A DNA stretch of 60,000 nt from Schmidtea polychroa (taxonomy: Eukaryota): the NCBI GenBank assembly GCA_044892525.1, contig CM097885.1, positions 37,698,001 to 37,758,000 on the forward strand. Direction: 5' to 3'. This document shows, in pieces, positions 15,066 through 28,068 of this stretch. Under the pieces are notes generated by a model, which saw only the letters and a program-made list of their open reading frames with translations, was not told the DNA's origin and ran no database searches. The position numbers and the translations under genes were made by a program. The stretch's first letter is position 1; each line of letters opens with the position of its first letter.

Positions 15066-15908
15066 ATATTAATATTTGTATAATAATTTGTAAAAAAAAA
15101 TTGTAAAAAATTCAAAATTTTAATAAAAGAAACATGACGAAAATTAAAATTTTATTTTTTATTCATAAATTATTTAAGTTTGACAAAACCTATAATCCAC
15201 AGCTGTATTTTTCGTCGACTCTTTTATTTCATTTATTATATATATCTTTTAATTTCTTATTTAAAGGCTCCTATGAATTTCGTTTTATCTAGACAATATT
15301 TTATTTTCTAATGTCTCGCCCTTCTACAATAAATTCAATATTTTAGAAATTTTTTTTTATTATTTGTTTTGAATTTGCAATAAGATGTGGTAGTTAAAAA
15401 AATAATCTAAATATTTTTGTTCTCATTTAAAATTGACCCTGAAACGTACAATGTTTTGTGAAATGACAAATAAAATAGATTATCAGAATATCAATCTTTT
15501 TTTGGGTAAGATTTGTATTTTTTATATTTTGCATTTGTTTGTTTATTGATTTTCAATTGTAGCCTACAACAAATTTTTCTAGCGATTTTAAGAATTTCGA
15601 ATAATTAAAAGATGCAACTTATGGTTCATTAAAGGGTAGTTTGGTTTAGAATTTTAAGATTAGAATTATGATCCACATACAACTAAATGATGATGCGGTT
15701 CTACATGGCGAATTTAGTAATAAATGATAATTTTATTATTGTTAAACAAGTAAATGATAAAAATAAGCCTTTTATTCCAATGTATTAGACGAAAAGTTTT
15801 CAACAATAATAAAATTACTTTTTACATCTAATACTTACTTTGCAACTTTTATTATCATTTACTAGTTTAAAATGTAAATTATGCTGCTACCAGGAAACTA
15901 CTATTTTA

Positions 15909-16003
<95 letters not shown>

Positions 16004-16679
16004 TTATTATTATAGTAAGACGCAATTAAATTCAAATCTTCATCCATAACAATTTATTTTATTACAGAATTCAAAATCTTCCATTTATTTTCGAATATTC
16101 AAACAATTAAGTCATTTGTAATTTGACAATAATTGACTATAAATACTTTTAATTGGTATTAATATAATATGTACAAAATTTAAATAGTTATTTTAATTAA
16201 TTTAATTTAATTATTTTTTATTTAAGGTGTGATTTAAATTTTATAATTATAGTGATGATAATAATAATTATTACTACAATAATATTAATAATTGTTTCTA
16301 TAATATAATTTTCATTATTATTTGAATTATTATTATGCTTCTATAGAAAGTTCGCTGTATACCAGCATCAATTAACCACAATCATACATTACAATTGAAT
16401 ATATAAACCGGAAGTCAAATATAAATACAAAGATTGACATATTTACTTTGTATTGAGAAAGAAATTCGTGCATAATTACAATTGCCGTGGACATCTAAGC
16501 ATTATAATGAGAAATACAATTTATGATTTGGTTTTAAAAAGAATAAATTTTTCAGGTTTGGAGATTTTCTTTTTGAAAAGAATTCAGTAAATTTTTTTCG
16601 TTTCATTAAATGTTCATTAGTAAATATTTCACATAATTTTTGCAATGTGTTTGTTCATGCTGTAAAATTGCTTTCCCAC

Positions 16680-16861
16680 TCATTATCATTTGTAAGCACG
16701 ATTTAAGTAGTTTGGAAACTATATAACTGGTGGTTGCTGGTACCTATTCTAAATTGAGACACCATAGATACATTTTAATCCATTGTAACAATCCAGATAA
16801 GACTGTTGTTTAATATCTGTATCTTTCAATGTTACACCTTTCGCTTTTGACGTATACGGGT
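16680..16861 (-). pseudogene. Relic Polinton PolB C-terminal fragment (part 2)
   Basis: Translates SKAKGVTLKDTDIKQQSYLDCY...SQFRIGTSNHQL, collinear with MKAKGISMKDTGLTHQSYLDCY...PQFRITSKNHQL of ORF 40466..41638. Confidence 0.85.
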
Positions 16862-18104
16862 TAGGGCTTCTCAAACGGGATCCCGGGATTCCTGTTGTAA
16901 AATTGAATCCCGTCATCCCCGAATTTCCGCTTAATTAAAAAATATAATACAAATGGCACTAAATTTTCGGTGTAGGTTTATATCTAATCTAGACAGAATT
17001 AATTGAATTATTGGCCGCATTCAGCGTACTGTTAGTGTAATGCTATAGACTATAATATATAGACTATTTTCTATACAATTAGGGAGGATTCCCTTCATTA
17101 CTAGTGTTGTGCTAACTATTGCTGATGATGCATCACATACTCGTAATTTCATTATTGTTACACGGTTTTAGTATAAAGTCAAAATTAAAATATACAGTTT
17201 AGTATAACAAAAAATAAATAAGTGCAGTTTAATATAAATAGAATTAAAATTTGTTTAAAATAATAGAAGTTTCAGGATTAGAAAGCAAATTGTAAGTTGT
17301 TAAGCTAATTTTTTATAATGCAGTATTTAATTTATTTTTCATTGTTATTATGTAAAATATCAAATTAGGTAACCCTTCATATCAAGTGGAAGTGGATCGA
17401 AAGCATGACAATATATTACACGCGGAAAAAATACAGAATCGGCTATTTGCAATAAATGTAAAGCGACAATAACGTGTAAAGGATTCTCTGCAAGTGGACT
17501 TTTTCGTCATTTAAAAAATGTTCACAAGAAAGTGGAAATTGAAAATAATATTAAATGACCATATGAAGAAAATATCCAACGTAAAATCATGTCATTTGTA
17601 AAAGAGAATAATAATTAATTAATTAAATAATTAAGATTGTATTGTAATGTAACGCGAGTGCACAAGACATTTCTTATGATGTTGAAAACATCATAAAAGA
17701 AATGAATATTTTCGAAATAACCGGAAAGCGCACCAATTATTTAGAAAAATTATTTAATGCTTTGATGACCATCCCATCGACATCGGTTGAATTTGAAAGA
17801 GCTTTTTCTGCTGCTGGTATATTCGTCACAAAAATGCGGTCATCATTAAGTGATAGCTCTATTAATTATTTGTGCTTTTTAAAAAACTTTTTTAAAAATA
17901 ATTAATTAAAATAATAACCCTCTATTATTTTGTTTATTATTTTGTATTTTATATTTATGTTTTTTTTAATTAAAACTGATTTTTTTGTTTGAAAACAGAT
18001 GGCACATTATTTTTCTATTTATAAGATAATTTTTTTTTAATTTCTGTTCATAAAAAAATTCCGGAATCCCTGGATTTGAAAATAGCGGGAAATGAAAAGC
18101 CCTA
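16862..18104 (+). mobile_element. Internally deleted hAT transposon
   Basis: Termini TAGGGCTT...AAGCCCTA. BED zinc-finger remnant (AICNKCKATITCKGFSASGLFRHLKNVH, about 17440-17525) and hATC dimerisation domain (ORF 17702..17905, IPSTSVEFERAFSAAG). TSD degenerate. Confidence 0.85.
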
Positions 18105-18600
18105 ACACGTATTACTTAGTAAACTATAACATTTTGATAGCAGAAATATTCACTCTTTGTAACCAATATCTTGTCTCTCATTTCTAAATATTTCAATCAC
18201 AAAGTTAGTTAAATCATAGTTAGATGTATGCAAAAGATTATCATTATCAGGTAAAAGAGTCTTAAGTTTAAAATTTATTATTTCTAAGAAGAAGTCTGTG
18301 TCACCCGCAACAATGTTCATGTGATTGAATTGACTTCGGTATTTAGCTAATTACATTTGTTGAAGCTCGTACATTCGCAGTTTTGATAAATCCATAACTT
18401 TTTCACTGAAATAACTTGGTCTAGACATATTGGTTTTATATTCAGTATGGCTGCAATTAAATCATCCGCAATTTTGAAAAGTTGACTTTGAAGCATAAGA
18501 AATTCTATTGATGGTTATTGCACAATTTTAAATTCTTTCTCTTCTTTAGATTTTCTACATGGTAATATCTACACTCTGTAATAAATCCATCACAAGATTT
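18105..18600 (-). pseudogene. Relic Polinton PolB fragment (part 1)
   Basis: Minus-strand VENLKKRKNLKLCN, KIADDLIAAIL, PSY..KVMDLSKLRMYELQ, MNIVAGDTD-FFLEI, LLHTSNYD, IFLLSKCYSL, collinear with the resident element's PolB. Stops and indels present. Confidence 0.85.
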
Positions 18601-21111
18601 CAAAGTGAAAACTATCACCAAAATCAAATTCTGAAAACCTGCAGCCAAAATGGAACATCACTATGAACACTTGGCTAACCCAATCCAGTTATCAATGTGA
18701 TAACGAAAAGATAAATATTATACTAGAAATAATGAGAGAATTCGGAAATGACATGTGCAACCTCAATAATATTTTAGTTGTTGGTTGATTGTCAGTTAGT
18801 ATTGTTCGGTAAATATAGTTGTATATTTTAAGTATGACAACTTTATATAATTAATTTGAAATTCTAATATGTATATTATCAATTTCAATTGAAGACCTGA
18901 AAATTTATTATAAGTAATACCAAACGTATTCAAACATATTCTAAATCCAACAAATTAATTAGATTTATTCTTAGTCGTGACAAATTAATTAACGAGTTTA
19001 AAAGGTTTATTCAAGGATTGGTTGATTTTAATTTTAAATTTTACATTATACTTGAAAGTCTATTGAAATGAAATTCAATTTATTTTTTACAAGTACTATT
19101 AGTAAAAAGCTATGTAAGAATTTGTACTTGTTTAATTAAAATTTATCAATAATTTTATTGGTTAGTTATTAATAATTTAGTTGTTGGATAGTCTGCTAAT
19201 TGGTTGTTAACTAGCTGATAATCATCAATTCAAAGAAGAAAGTTAAATCTACAACTGATCTTTTGTGAATAAAAATTTGAATTTTTTGATTTCTATATTT
19301 GATTTTATGCATTTCTTATTTTATGTTTTTCATTGTAACTTGAATTATTTTTGTAAACGTCAATCGTTTTATTTCTATTCTTTTCACACGGTGTTATATT
19401 ATTTTAAAGTGACTGAGTTGACAACCTTCAATAATTATTCTCTCATTTAATGTGATTATCAATGAAAACTTAAGATTTTTGTTAAATTTAGACCATACAT
19501 TTTTCTTACCAAGACAAAGTTTTCCTAATTATCGATAGCAATTTATTTAAAAATGCATTTTATTTCCAGCGCATCAAACCATTTTAAAAAGTCTTGATAA
19601 ATTACTTTGAAGAAATAAAATTTGTTTTGTTTTAATTTCATTTTTGGTTGGTTACTCCGTTATTTTGTACAGAATATAGTGTATAGAGTTAGCTTCTTAG
19701 TCTTTAAAGTTGGTTGTTAGTTTTCAGTTGATAATACTAAGTTGTTGGTATCCAGTTAGGCTGTAGAAAATACTGAGACTAAATATCGTTGTGTTTTTAG
19801 CGAGCCTCTAAAATCCCAGTGTTTTTAGTGAGCGGCAAAATAGAACTGAATATAGTGCATTCTTGTGGCCCACAACCGACTTTTCACATTAATATTATTA
19901 GAAAGAAATCCAGAAGATAGTACACTAGATGAAAAGGTTTTGAAAATTTGAAAATTTGATTAAAGATTTAATTTCACTATTTTTGCACACTGATGATATT
20001 AAGATATTTTTGTTTAAATAAAATAAATTTTTAAGTCGCATAAACTGATCTTAAATTACCAATATTTTATTTTCAATAGGGTATTTTATCATAGAAATAT
20101 TCCTGTGACTTATTTGCATAAAAAAATTTGGCCCGCGGTTTTGATGAATTTGGACTGCATTCTTGTAGAAAACCAGTTTATAGAACTTTATCAAAGAAAC
20201 TTCAAACCTCCACTGCCTATTTACTAATATCCGACAATCAAATTTTGTTCATAACAAATATATTTATGAAAAAAAATGAAATTTAATTAATGGAATGTTA
20301 TTAAGTTGAAGGTCCATTGAAAAAATTCTTATTAATAATGAAATATTTTTAATGAAGGTATTTGCAAAGTAATTAGTCGTTTTAAACAATCTATTATTTA
20401 TGATACAGATTTTTGTTTTTTTTTGATTTTTTGTTTTATTGATTTGTATTTGTTTAAGTTGTGATATTGCATCAAAGATCTGAGACGAAATGTACAACCA
20501 ATTTATTTGTACATTGTGTAATCCAATACGATATGTTAGTGATTAGACAAACTCTATTTAAAGTTATTTGATGTTATTTGAATAATTAATGTTAAGATCG
20601 ACTCAAACGATCTAAGTATTTACATTTACTTATATTTATTTATATTTATTTATATTTATTTATATTTATTTAGATGTATTTGTTCATTTGCAATTGTTTA
20701 TATTTATTTATTTTAATGAAAATTAATATAAACAATTATCATTTGAACCTCTAGAAATTTCCTATGAGTAATTGAGTTCATATGTATTCATCCATGTCGA
20801 CATTAAATGCTCATTAGATCTGTCAATATCAATTAATTACACTGACGATTGCATAACAAATTTTATCTAATTTACCGTTAGGCAATTTTAAGCAACTTCA
20901 ATAGATTCTAGGGAAATAATAAAATAAAATCTAAGGGGCTTCCTTTAAATTTTAAACGGATTTAATTATTAAAGAATAAAAGTCGAAAACAGTTATTTTT
21001 AATAAAGATTTACGAATTATAATTTCAGTTGTTTTGATACTTTTACGTTTGTATTATTTTAATTATTAATTTTTTAGAATTTATCCACTGATATTTTAGA
21101 TTTGTCATCCA

Positions 21112-21475
21112 TAGGGATGTAGTGGAGCTGGTGCCACCCGGAGTGAAACACCGCCAGTACGAACAAGCTCAACAATAATTAGTCTGTATCCCTAAAATTT
21201 TGGTTAATGAAATCTGGTGACGAAAATTTGAAAAAAAAGTTTACTGAAAATGTATGTTAGTTGGAACAATGGTGTTGCATTAAAATTAATTAAATTGTAT
21301 CCCAACATAATTGTGGAATTGGTTAAGCCACCAATTAGGGCTTTCAATAGGTGATGTTATCAATGAATTTCATGGAGTCAATCATTTTAAAGTTTTTAAC
21401 AGGGTGTTTTACCGGTTAAAATTTACAATTTAAAATCTCTGGAACCGGCAAAAATAATTTACAACTACATCACTG
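21112..21475. mobile_element. hAT-type MITE
   Basis: TAGGGATGTAGT...ACTACATCACTG termini. Flanks GTCATCCA / GTCATACA (7/8 TSD). Confidence 0.7.
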
Positions 21476-21563
21476 GTCATACAAAATTCAAAACGTTTTA
21501 AGGTTATTTATTATTTAATCATTTTAAAAATTATTTATAATTTTAAAATAAATATATTGTTTT

Positions 21564-22205
21564 GGTACTTCCGTGTTATCTTACCCCCAAAAATTAAATT
21601 ATAAAATACAATTAAAATAACAATATAAAAAATGAGAGAATACATTATTGATGACGTTATTGAACATTATTGAACATAATTTATTAAGGCTATCTGTGAT
21701 TTATGTGATTATGTGATTATGTGAGTCTATGTGGCGCAAACGTGTTCTAAGCAACAGTGGCGATGTGTTCAACACTATTCTCAACGACATTGTGGTTTTC
21801 TGGGCACCTGGATGACCATTTACAAACTCTTTACAAACATTTGCTGAGTTTGTAACTGTGATTTAGAAAATAAATATAACAATTATATGTTTTTTTTAAT
21901 GTAATTTTAGGGGGTAAGATAACACGGAAGTACCATTATTGAACATAATTTATTAAGGCTATCTGTGATTTATGTGATTATGTGATTATGTGAGTTTATG
22001 TGGCGCAAACGTGTTCTAAGCAACAGTTCTTATGTGTGCGACACTATTCTCAACGACATTGTGGTTTACTGGGCACCTGGATGACCATTTACAAACTCTT
22101 TACAAACATTTACTGAGTTTGTAACTGTGATTTAGAAAATAAATATAATAATTATATGTGTTTTTTTTAATTTAATTTTTGGGGGTAAGATAACATGGAA
22201 GTACC
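21564..22205. mobile_element. Non-autonomous GG..CC element (Merlin-like) with duplicated right half
   Basis: TIR GGTACTTCCGTGTTATCTTACCCCC. Perfect 8-bp TSD ATTGTTTT (21556-21563, 22206-22213). About 270-bp tandem duplication 21667-21935 / 21936-22206 gives two right TIRs. Confidence 0.75.
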
Positions 22206-22240
22206 ATTGTTTTAATTGATCTTGAAAAGTTTAAATATCA

Positions 22241-22369
<129 letters not shown>

Positions 22370-22549
22370 TTAAATATTTAAATGCGATTTAAATGCGAGA
22401 TCTCTGTTTATTTCAATACTAAAAATATTCATTAATTAAGAAAATTTATTCAAAATATCAAAAACCAGAAACAAAATCAGTAAAACCGAAAAGAATGATA
22501 TATTATTATTATAAACTGCAAAAGCTTTATGATACCCAGTGCAAATCCC

Positions 22550-22593
22550 AATAGTAGACTAGTTTCAAGCTTCTGGCTCTCATCAGTATTATG
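22550..22593 (-). ncRNA. Type I minimal hammerhead ribozyme
   Basis: Minus strand CATAATA-CTGATGA-GAGC cagaa GCTT-GAA-ACTAGT-C-TACTATT. Intact CUGAUGA/GAA core and GUC site. Confidence 0.85.
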
Positions 22594-22600
22594 CAGGAGA

Positions 22601-22632
22601 CGCGAAGATTTTTCTTCGCGCCAGGTAAGTAT
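22601..22632 (-). ncRNA. U1 snRNA-like 5' end plus hairpin
   Basis: Minus strand ATACTTACCTGGCGCG (U1 5' end AUACUUACCUGGC) running into a CGCGAAGA-AAAA-TCTTCGCG stem-loop. The rest of U1 is absent. Confidence 0.55.
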
Positions 22633-24526
22633 ACAATATTGCTGATTCAGCTTTATTGCATACTTTCCCTGTTACATTGAAAATCACATCACTTGCTTAT
22701 TAGTTTGGTCACCGAAAATCTGTAAACTTGTAAACATGGCGTATGTAAATCATGTTCATCTCTGTGGACTAAAACATTAGTCAATACACAGAAACTGTTT
22801 ACAAGTGCATCCAATTTCCTTAAGCGTTTAATTTGTAAAGTAAGGATGTAAAATATTTTTGTCAGATCTCTTACATTTTAAAATAAACTTAAAATAAAAT
22901 ACTTATTATTAAGTGATATTTTCTTGATAGCAGTATTAATTAAATGTTAAACAATTAAATGATAATTTAAGCCTTACTACAAATTATATATTTAATAAAA
23001 ATGAAAGATTTTTTATTAAATATATAATTCGCAGCAAAGGGCTTAAATTATTATTTAATTATTCAATATTATTATTAATATTTTATCATATCTAAATTAT
23101 TGCTTTTTTGATAAATTTAACATTTTGAAACTATTAATTAATTAATTCATTACAAATTGCTTTGAACAATTAAAGTTTATTTGATTGTGGAAGAAATCTG
23201 GTAAAAATTAATTTAATTTATTGCTAGAAGACATTAGTATTAATTAGCAATTTCCGTTGAGTTGAAATGGATTTTTGTTTAAACAATACATTTAAACATA
23301 CAGTAATTTTATAGAATATAATATTAATTATAATAAGTAAAATTATGGTTATTATATTTACTGTTTTTATCTTTTTTTATTTAATAATCAATATTTTAAA
23401 TATTTATCTTATAATGTTTTTGAGATCTCATATTTTAAAAATTAAAATCTTAAGTTGTTGTAATATAATGATAAGAAGCATAAAGATAAATATTAAATTT
23501 TTTTATTTTCTTTTGCATTAATAATCATGGAGAAAGTTCTTTAAGTGATGAACAATATTAAATTTTGATAAAAATATATTTTTATACAAAACATTATGAC
23601 ATTTTAATATCTAAAAAATTCCGAAGTTACTTTTGAAAGGGTGCAGAATTACATTTATCAATTATTACAAAGTCTCGTATCACGTATGAGTTTAATAAAA
23701 ATTATTAATTAAAACAATTTTATTCATCAATTTCATTTATCAATTAAATCCCAATACAATATGTAAATAAAAAATATATTCTGAAATAATAGATATTTAA
23801 AAAGATAATATATTAAAATATCTGATGTTAAAAATATTTCTGTCGATTATAAATACGAATAAACAAAAGTTCTCTCCGTAAATTTGCGAGATTTTTCGCT
23901 CGGTGAAATTTCAGACTTTCACCAGTCTAGGTGAATTAAAAACGACAGAACAAAACAAAATATCGCAAATCTGAAATAGCACTTGAAATATCTAATTGAT
24001 GTATTTGTTAATAAATAATTGATTTTTCAGATTTAAATGGATTTTTTAGAGACACCGACAGTTTTCTATCAACAAAAATCAAACCAAACAAAAACACTAA
24101 TCGAGCCAATTAACGAATGCAGAAAAACAAAATCTAATTTGGCAAGCAAGAAATAAAGGAAAATTAAAAAATAACCTCAACAGTGATCTCTACGGCAACT
24201 CTAACTAAGTTAGTGGTCGTAGTAATAATAATATATTTTTATTGAATGATTTACGACCACTGTGATGGCTATAATTCTCATACTGAGCCCAGCATCCTCA
24301 CATTTTCCGGAGTCATATGCCAATAGATATAAAATTTGAAAATGATCTGATCACAATCTAATATGCTTCATTTCCCGGAGATCTTCGTGACTCAATTGCT
24401 TAAAAACCTCATCGATTTTTCCCTTAAGATTTTCTTATTGGATAAGCCATGTTGCGTCATTTTACCGTTGGACTAATGCAAATTGTCCTATTTTCTCAAA
24501 TTATGCCACTGTAATACTAAATCTAA

Positions 24527-24568
<42 letters not shown>

Positions 24569-26306
24569 TATTATTATTATTATTATTATTATTATAAACA
24601 TTAAAACATTATTTATATTATGTAGAGTTATTTCCTGTTATTTGAAGTTAATATTAGAATGAAGTGGTGAACTCTTTTGTTTTAATTTAGTTGTATTCAT
24701 AAATTGTTATAGATAATTGAAAACATTTTCGGTTTTCCAAATGTCAGATGTGCATCAATGTATTTATATTTTATTGAGTACTATTTTGGTAATTTTTAGA
24801 CATTAAATAATACTGCTTCATAATAACTCAGCCAAGACAAAGATCTGTGAATATCTTCTCTTGATTCTCATCGGTTTTCTAAATTTCTCTGAATTTCTCT
24901 AGTACTGGTATCCTAAATCATACATAAACAATTTTTAGTACATGAATGTGAGGATTGAAAAGATTTGAAAACAGTAAAAAGTTCCTTATTAAGCAGTTTC
25001 CATTACTAAATTTATTACAATGTAATAAATAGGTAGATGTGAGCCACCTGGTACAGAAACACCCTTATGATTTTGGGAAAATTTATTGAATGTAGTAAAA
25101 CTGATTTATTCAACTTATGGATCGTGTATGAGTGCAAATGTATTGCAGTCAAGGTATTTTTAATTTTTTGTTTTAATTTTTCTTGTACTTATTGAAATGT
25201 ATGATTCTGCCATGATTGGTTTTGAATTAGCACCAAAGCTTTTGAAATTTTGAGCGTGTTTGTAATTCTATTCTGGTCAACTCACAATTTGCGTTTTAAA
25301 TTAGTGAAATTTTTCCCTGATCTTTCATAAATATTTTAAATATTTTGAGTTATATATGAAGCATTATTGATAAGAACTTTTAATCCTAAAATCAATGTGC
25401 AGAATGCAGTGAATACGTGTGTGTTGAATGTTTTTAATTAAATTTTTGTATGTTGATGTACATTGAATAATAGTTATGTTAAACAATTAAAAAAATAATT
25501 AAAATAATATTTTTTTAAATAATTTTAAAAGTTTAAATATTATTGATTATTGAAAATTATTTTTAAAAAAAATAATTGTTTAAAAAAAATTTTTTTATTT
25601 ATAATTTAAAATTTATAGATTTTATAATTTGTTTATATATTATCAATATAGTATAGTTATTCATTCGTCGTGAATGTAGGTAACCTGGTGATGATAGTGT
25701 GTCATCGAAATATATAGTGAAAAAGATGTACAAATGGTGATTTTAAATTTTTTTGTTAATTTCACAATAGATGAACAATTAAATTTAGAATAATATAGAT
25801 ATTTGATATTGATTTTCATGTTGAGTACAAGTGCTTATATATCAAAACACGTTAAATTAAAAGATGCAACATTTAGTTACAAGACCCTTTTCTGAATTCA
25901 AAAATTTAATTAATCAAATATTTATTTGAATTATATTTTTATAAATGAATCCGCTATCGGCAAGTTATTTTAAAGTTTATTTAAACTAGACAGAGAATTA
26001 TTGTCAAATAACCAAAATTTTACAAGTTCAAAAAGCAAATAAAATTATAAAAAATGTATGAATTTATTGAGATACTAATATTGGGAAATTAAATTTTATT
26101 TTGAGTTAATTTTTATTTTAATTTTGTTTTAATTTATATATTTTTAAAAAAATATAATGTGAGAAATAAATTCAATGAGAAAGTAGGTAATGAGCTAAAG
26201 ACTTGTTAATTTTTGTGTTATTGTAAGCAGAACCATTTTTAGGTCGAAATATTTCATTTTATGAATAAACACAGTGAAAATGGCTTACATAGTAATGTAT
26301 TTGAAT

Positions 26307-26791
26307 TATCGTATTACTTCGAATATAAGCTGTCCTCGAATTTAAGCCACGCTAAGGTTTTAACAGTTTAAAATTGAGTAAAAAATCAACCTTGAATTAA
26401 AACCACATGAGGTTTTATGATAAGTATTTTAAATCGGATAAAGTAAAAATAAAAATGCTTTATTAAAAGGTTTTAAAAAAACGAACTTTATTTTGTTATA
26501 ATATTTACATAATCTTTTTATTTAACCTTATTTAATCTTTAGACTCATCATCACTTTAGACACTTTTACTTTCTGAGTTCGATTCATCATCTTCGATGTT
26601 GCGCTAGAGCACATCATCTTTGGTACAGTTTAAATAATTAGTTATGCAACATTTTAAAATATAATATTTTCTTTATCTCTCGAATTCGACTTTTTATAAA
26701 TTGCTTATTACTTCGAATATAAGCCGCGCCCTAAATTTGCACATTAAAAATGTAAGTAAAAAGTGCAGCTTATATTCGAAGTAATACGGTG
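26307..26791. mobile_element. pogo/Tc1-mariner-type MITE
   Basis: 23-bp perfect inverted core CGTATTACTTCGAATATAAGCTG at both ends, plus an internal subterminal copy at about 26706. Confidence 0.75.
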
Positions 26792-27122
26792 TATTAATAT
26801 TATTAATTTGTATCAAAAACTTTAGAGCTCCTCCACTTTATTATATTCAAATTGGTTGCATATTTTCAACTTCATAATAATTTCAAAGAGTTCCTATTGT
26901 AATACGGTATCATAGGTGACCAGAAACAGTTTGGGGACACTTGTTCAAATCAGATAGGGTTTGAATTTTAGTTTTTCGCTCTAATTTATTTTTCATTAGA
27001 TTCTCAAAGTGTATTTTTTATATATGTTTTGTCTTTATGATGCCAATATAATATTTATTTTTGAATTTCAAAATGAGAATCGTCATGGGAAACGATAAGT
27101 CGAGATAGTTCGAGTGTTTGAT

Positions 27123-27900
27123 AGTAGGGTATTGTGTGGAGTCGGGAACAAAGACATATGACGTCATCGTTGACGTCACAAAGACATATGAGTCATACCC
27201 CCGGGGGAGGGGGTAAAATTTTTTTTTTAACAAAGACCATGGCTCATCGTGATGACTCATCGTGATGACTCATCGTGGTGACTCATCGTGATGACTCATC
27301 GTGGTGACTCATCGTGATGACTTATCGTGATGACTCATTGTGATGACTCATCGTGATGACTCATCAAGGTCATATTATTATTTTTAAAAAATATTATTAT
27401 TTTATTTTTAAAATGTTTCAAAGTTCCCGCCAACGAAAATTATTCATCAATAGCTCATTTTAAAGCTCAATCCAAGACCTTTCGAATGAGCTATTGAAGG
27501 TATCATCATCATTAATATTGACAAAGTTATTAACAGATGATGACCACCTTATTTTCATAGTGAAATTATTATTATTATTCAAAATATTATTAGTGGTCCA
27601 GCGGAGTCCTGGTTTTCGTTTGCCCAACAGTTATCGTTCCAATCATTTTATTTCATTGTTCGATGGCTCATTTTAAAGCTTAGTGCAAGACCTTTCGAAT
27701 GAGCTATTGAAGGTATCATCATCATTAATATTGACAAAGTTATCATCGTTTTCCCGAGACCATTTTCAAGGTCATTTAATTATTATTATTATTAGTATTA
27801 GTATTAATCTATATACTCCGAGTTTATCCGACAATATATTTTGTCCCCTTATGGGTACTGTTCTTAAGGGTACTGGTCACGCTCAACAACTCGCAATGGT
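27123..27900 (+). repeat. Polinton left TIR
   Basis: Reverse complement of 42043-42593 apart from an extra 213-bp segment and small indels. Confidence 0.95.
27157..27364. promoter_or_regulatory. CRE (TGACGTCA x2) and AP-1 (TGA[C/G]TCA) motif array in TIR
   Basis: Two TGACGTCA, one TGAGTCA, then about 9 tandem 13-bp units CATCGTGATGACT giving 8 perfect TGACTCA. Mirrored at about 42357-42560. Confidence 0.6.
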
Positions 27901-28068
27901 ATTATTATTATTATTATTATTATTAGTTTTAGCACACACTCATTATACCAATATGAATATAGTTTTCATGGTGTATCAAATCAAAACTCCTATTTTATAG
28001 TCTATCAACCAATCAAAATCATATGGTAGTAATATAAATAAAGCAGTATATTTTAAATTAATTTAGAA

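Larger units (their letters stand above)
22512..22880 (-). mobile_element. Hammerhead-containing dispersed repeat (retrozyme-like), copy 2
   Basis: Homologous to 7676-7995. Contains a U1-like 5' end, an 8-bp hairpin and a hammerhead. Confidence 0.7.

Noticed and set aside
22601..22632. Complete U1 snRNA gene
   Set aside because: Only the 5' 13-16 nt match. There is no U1-70K loop (GAUCACGAAG), U1A loop or Sm site, and a hammerhead follows instead.
25684..25720. CTGGTGATGATAGTGTGTCATCGAAATATATAG hammerhead-like string
   Set aside because: Core is mutated and stem I is not convincing. Single copy in the window.
27243..27364. 13-bp array as CRISPR
   Set aside because: Contiguous tandem units with no unique spacers and no cas genes. 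Eukaryotic TIR context.
27018..28000. ORFs 27018..27260, 27494..27676, 27683..28000 and 41793..42227
   Set aside because: They lie in or across the TIRs, mostly use non-ATG starts, and their mutual similarity only reflects the TIR repeats.
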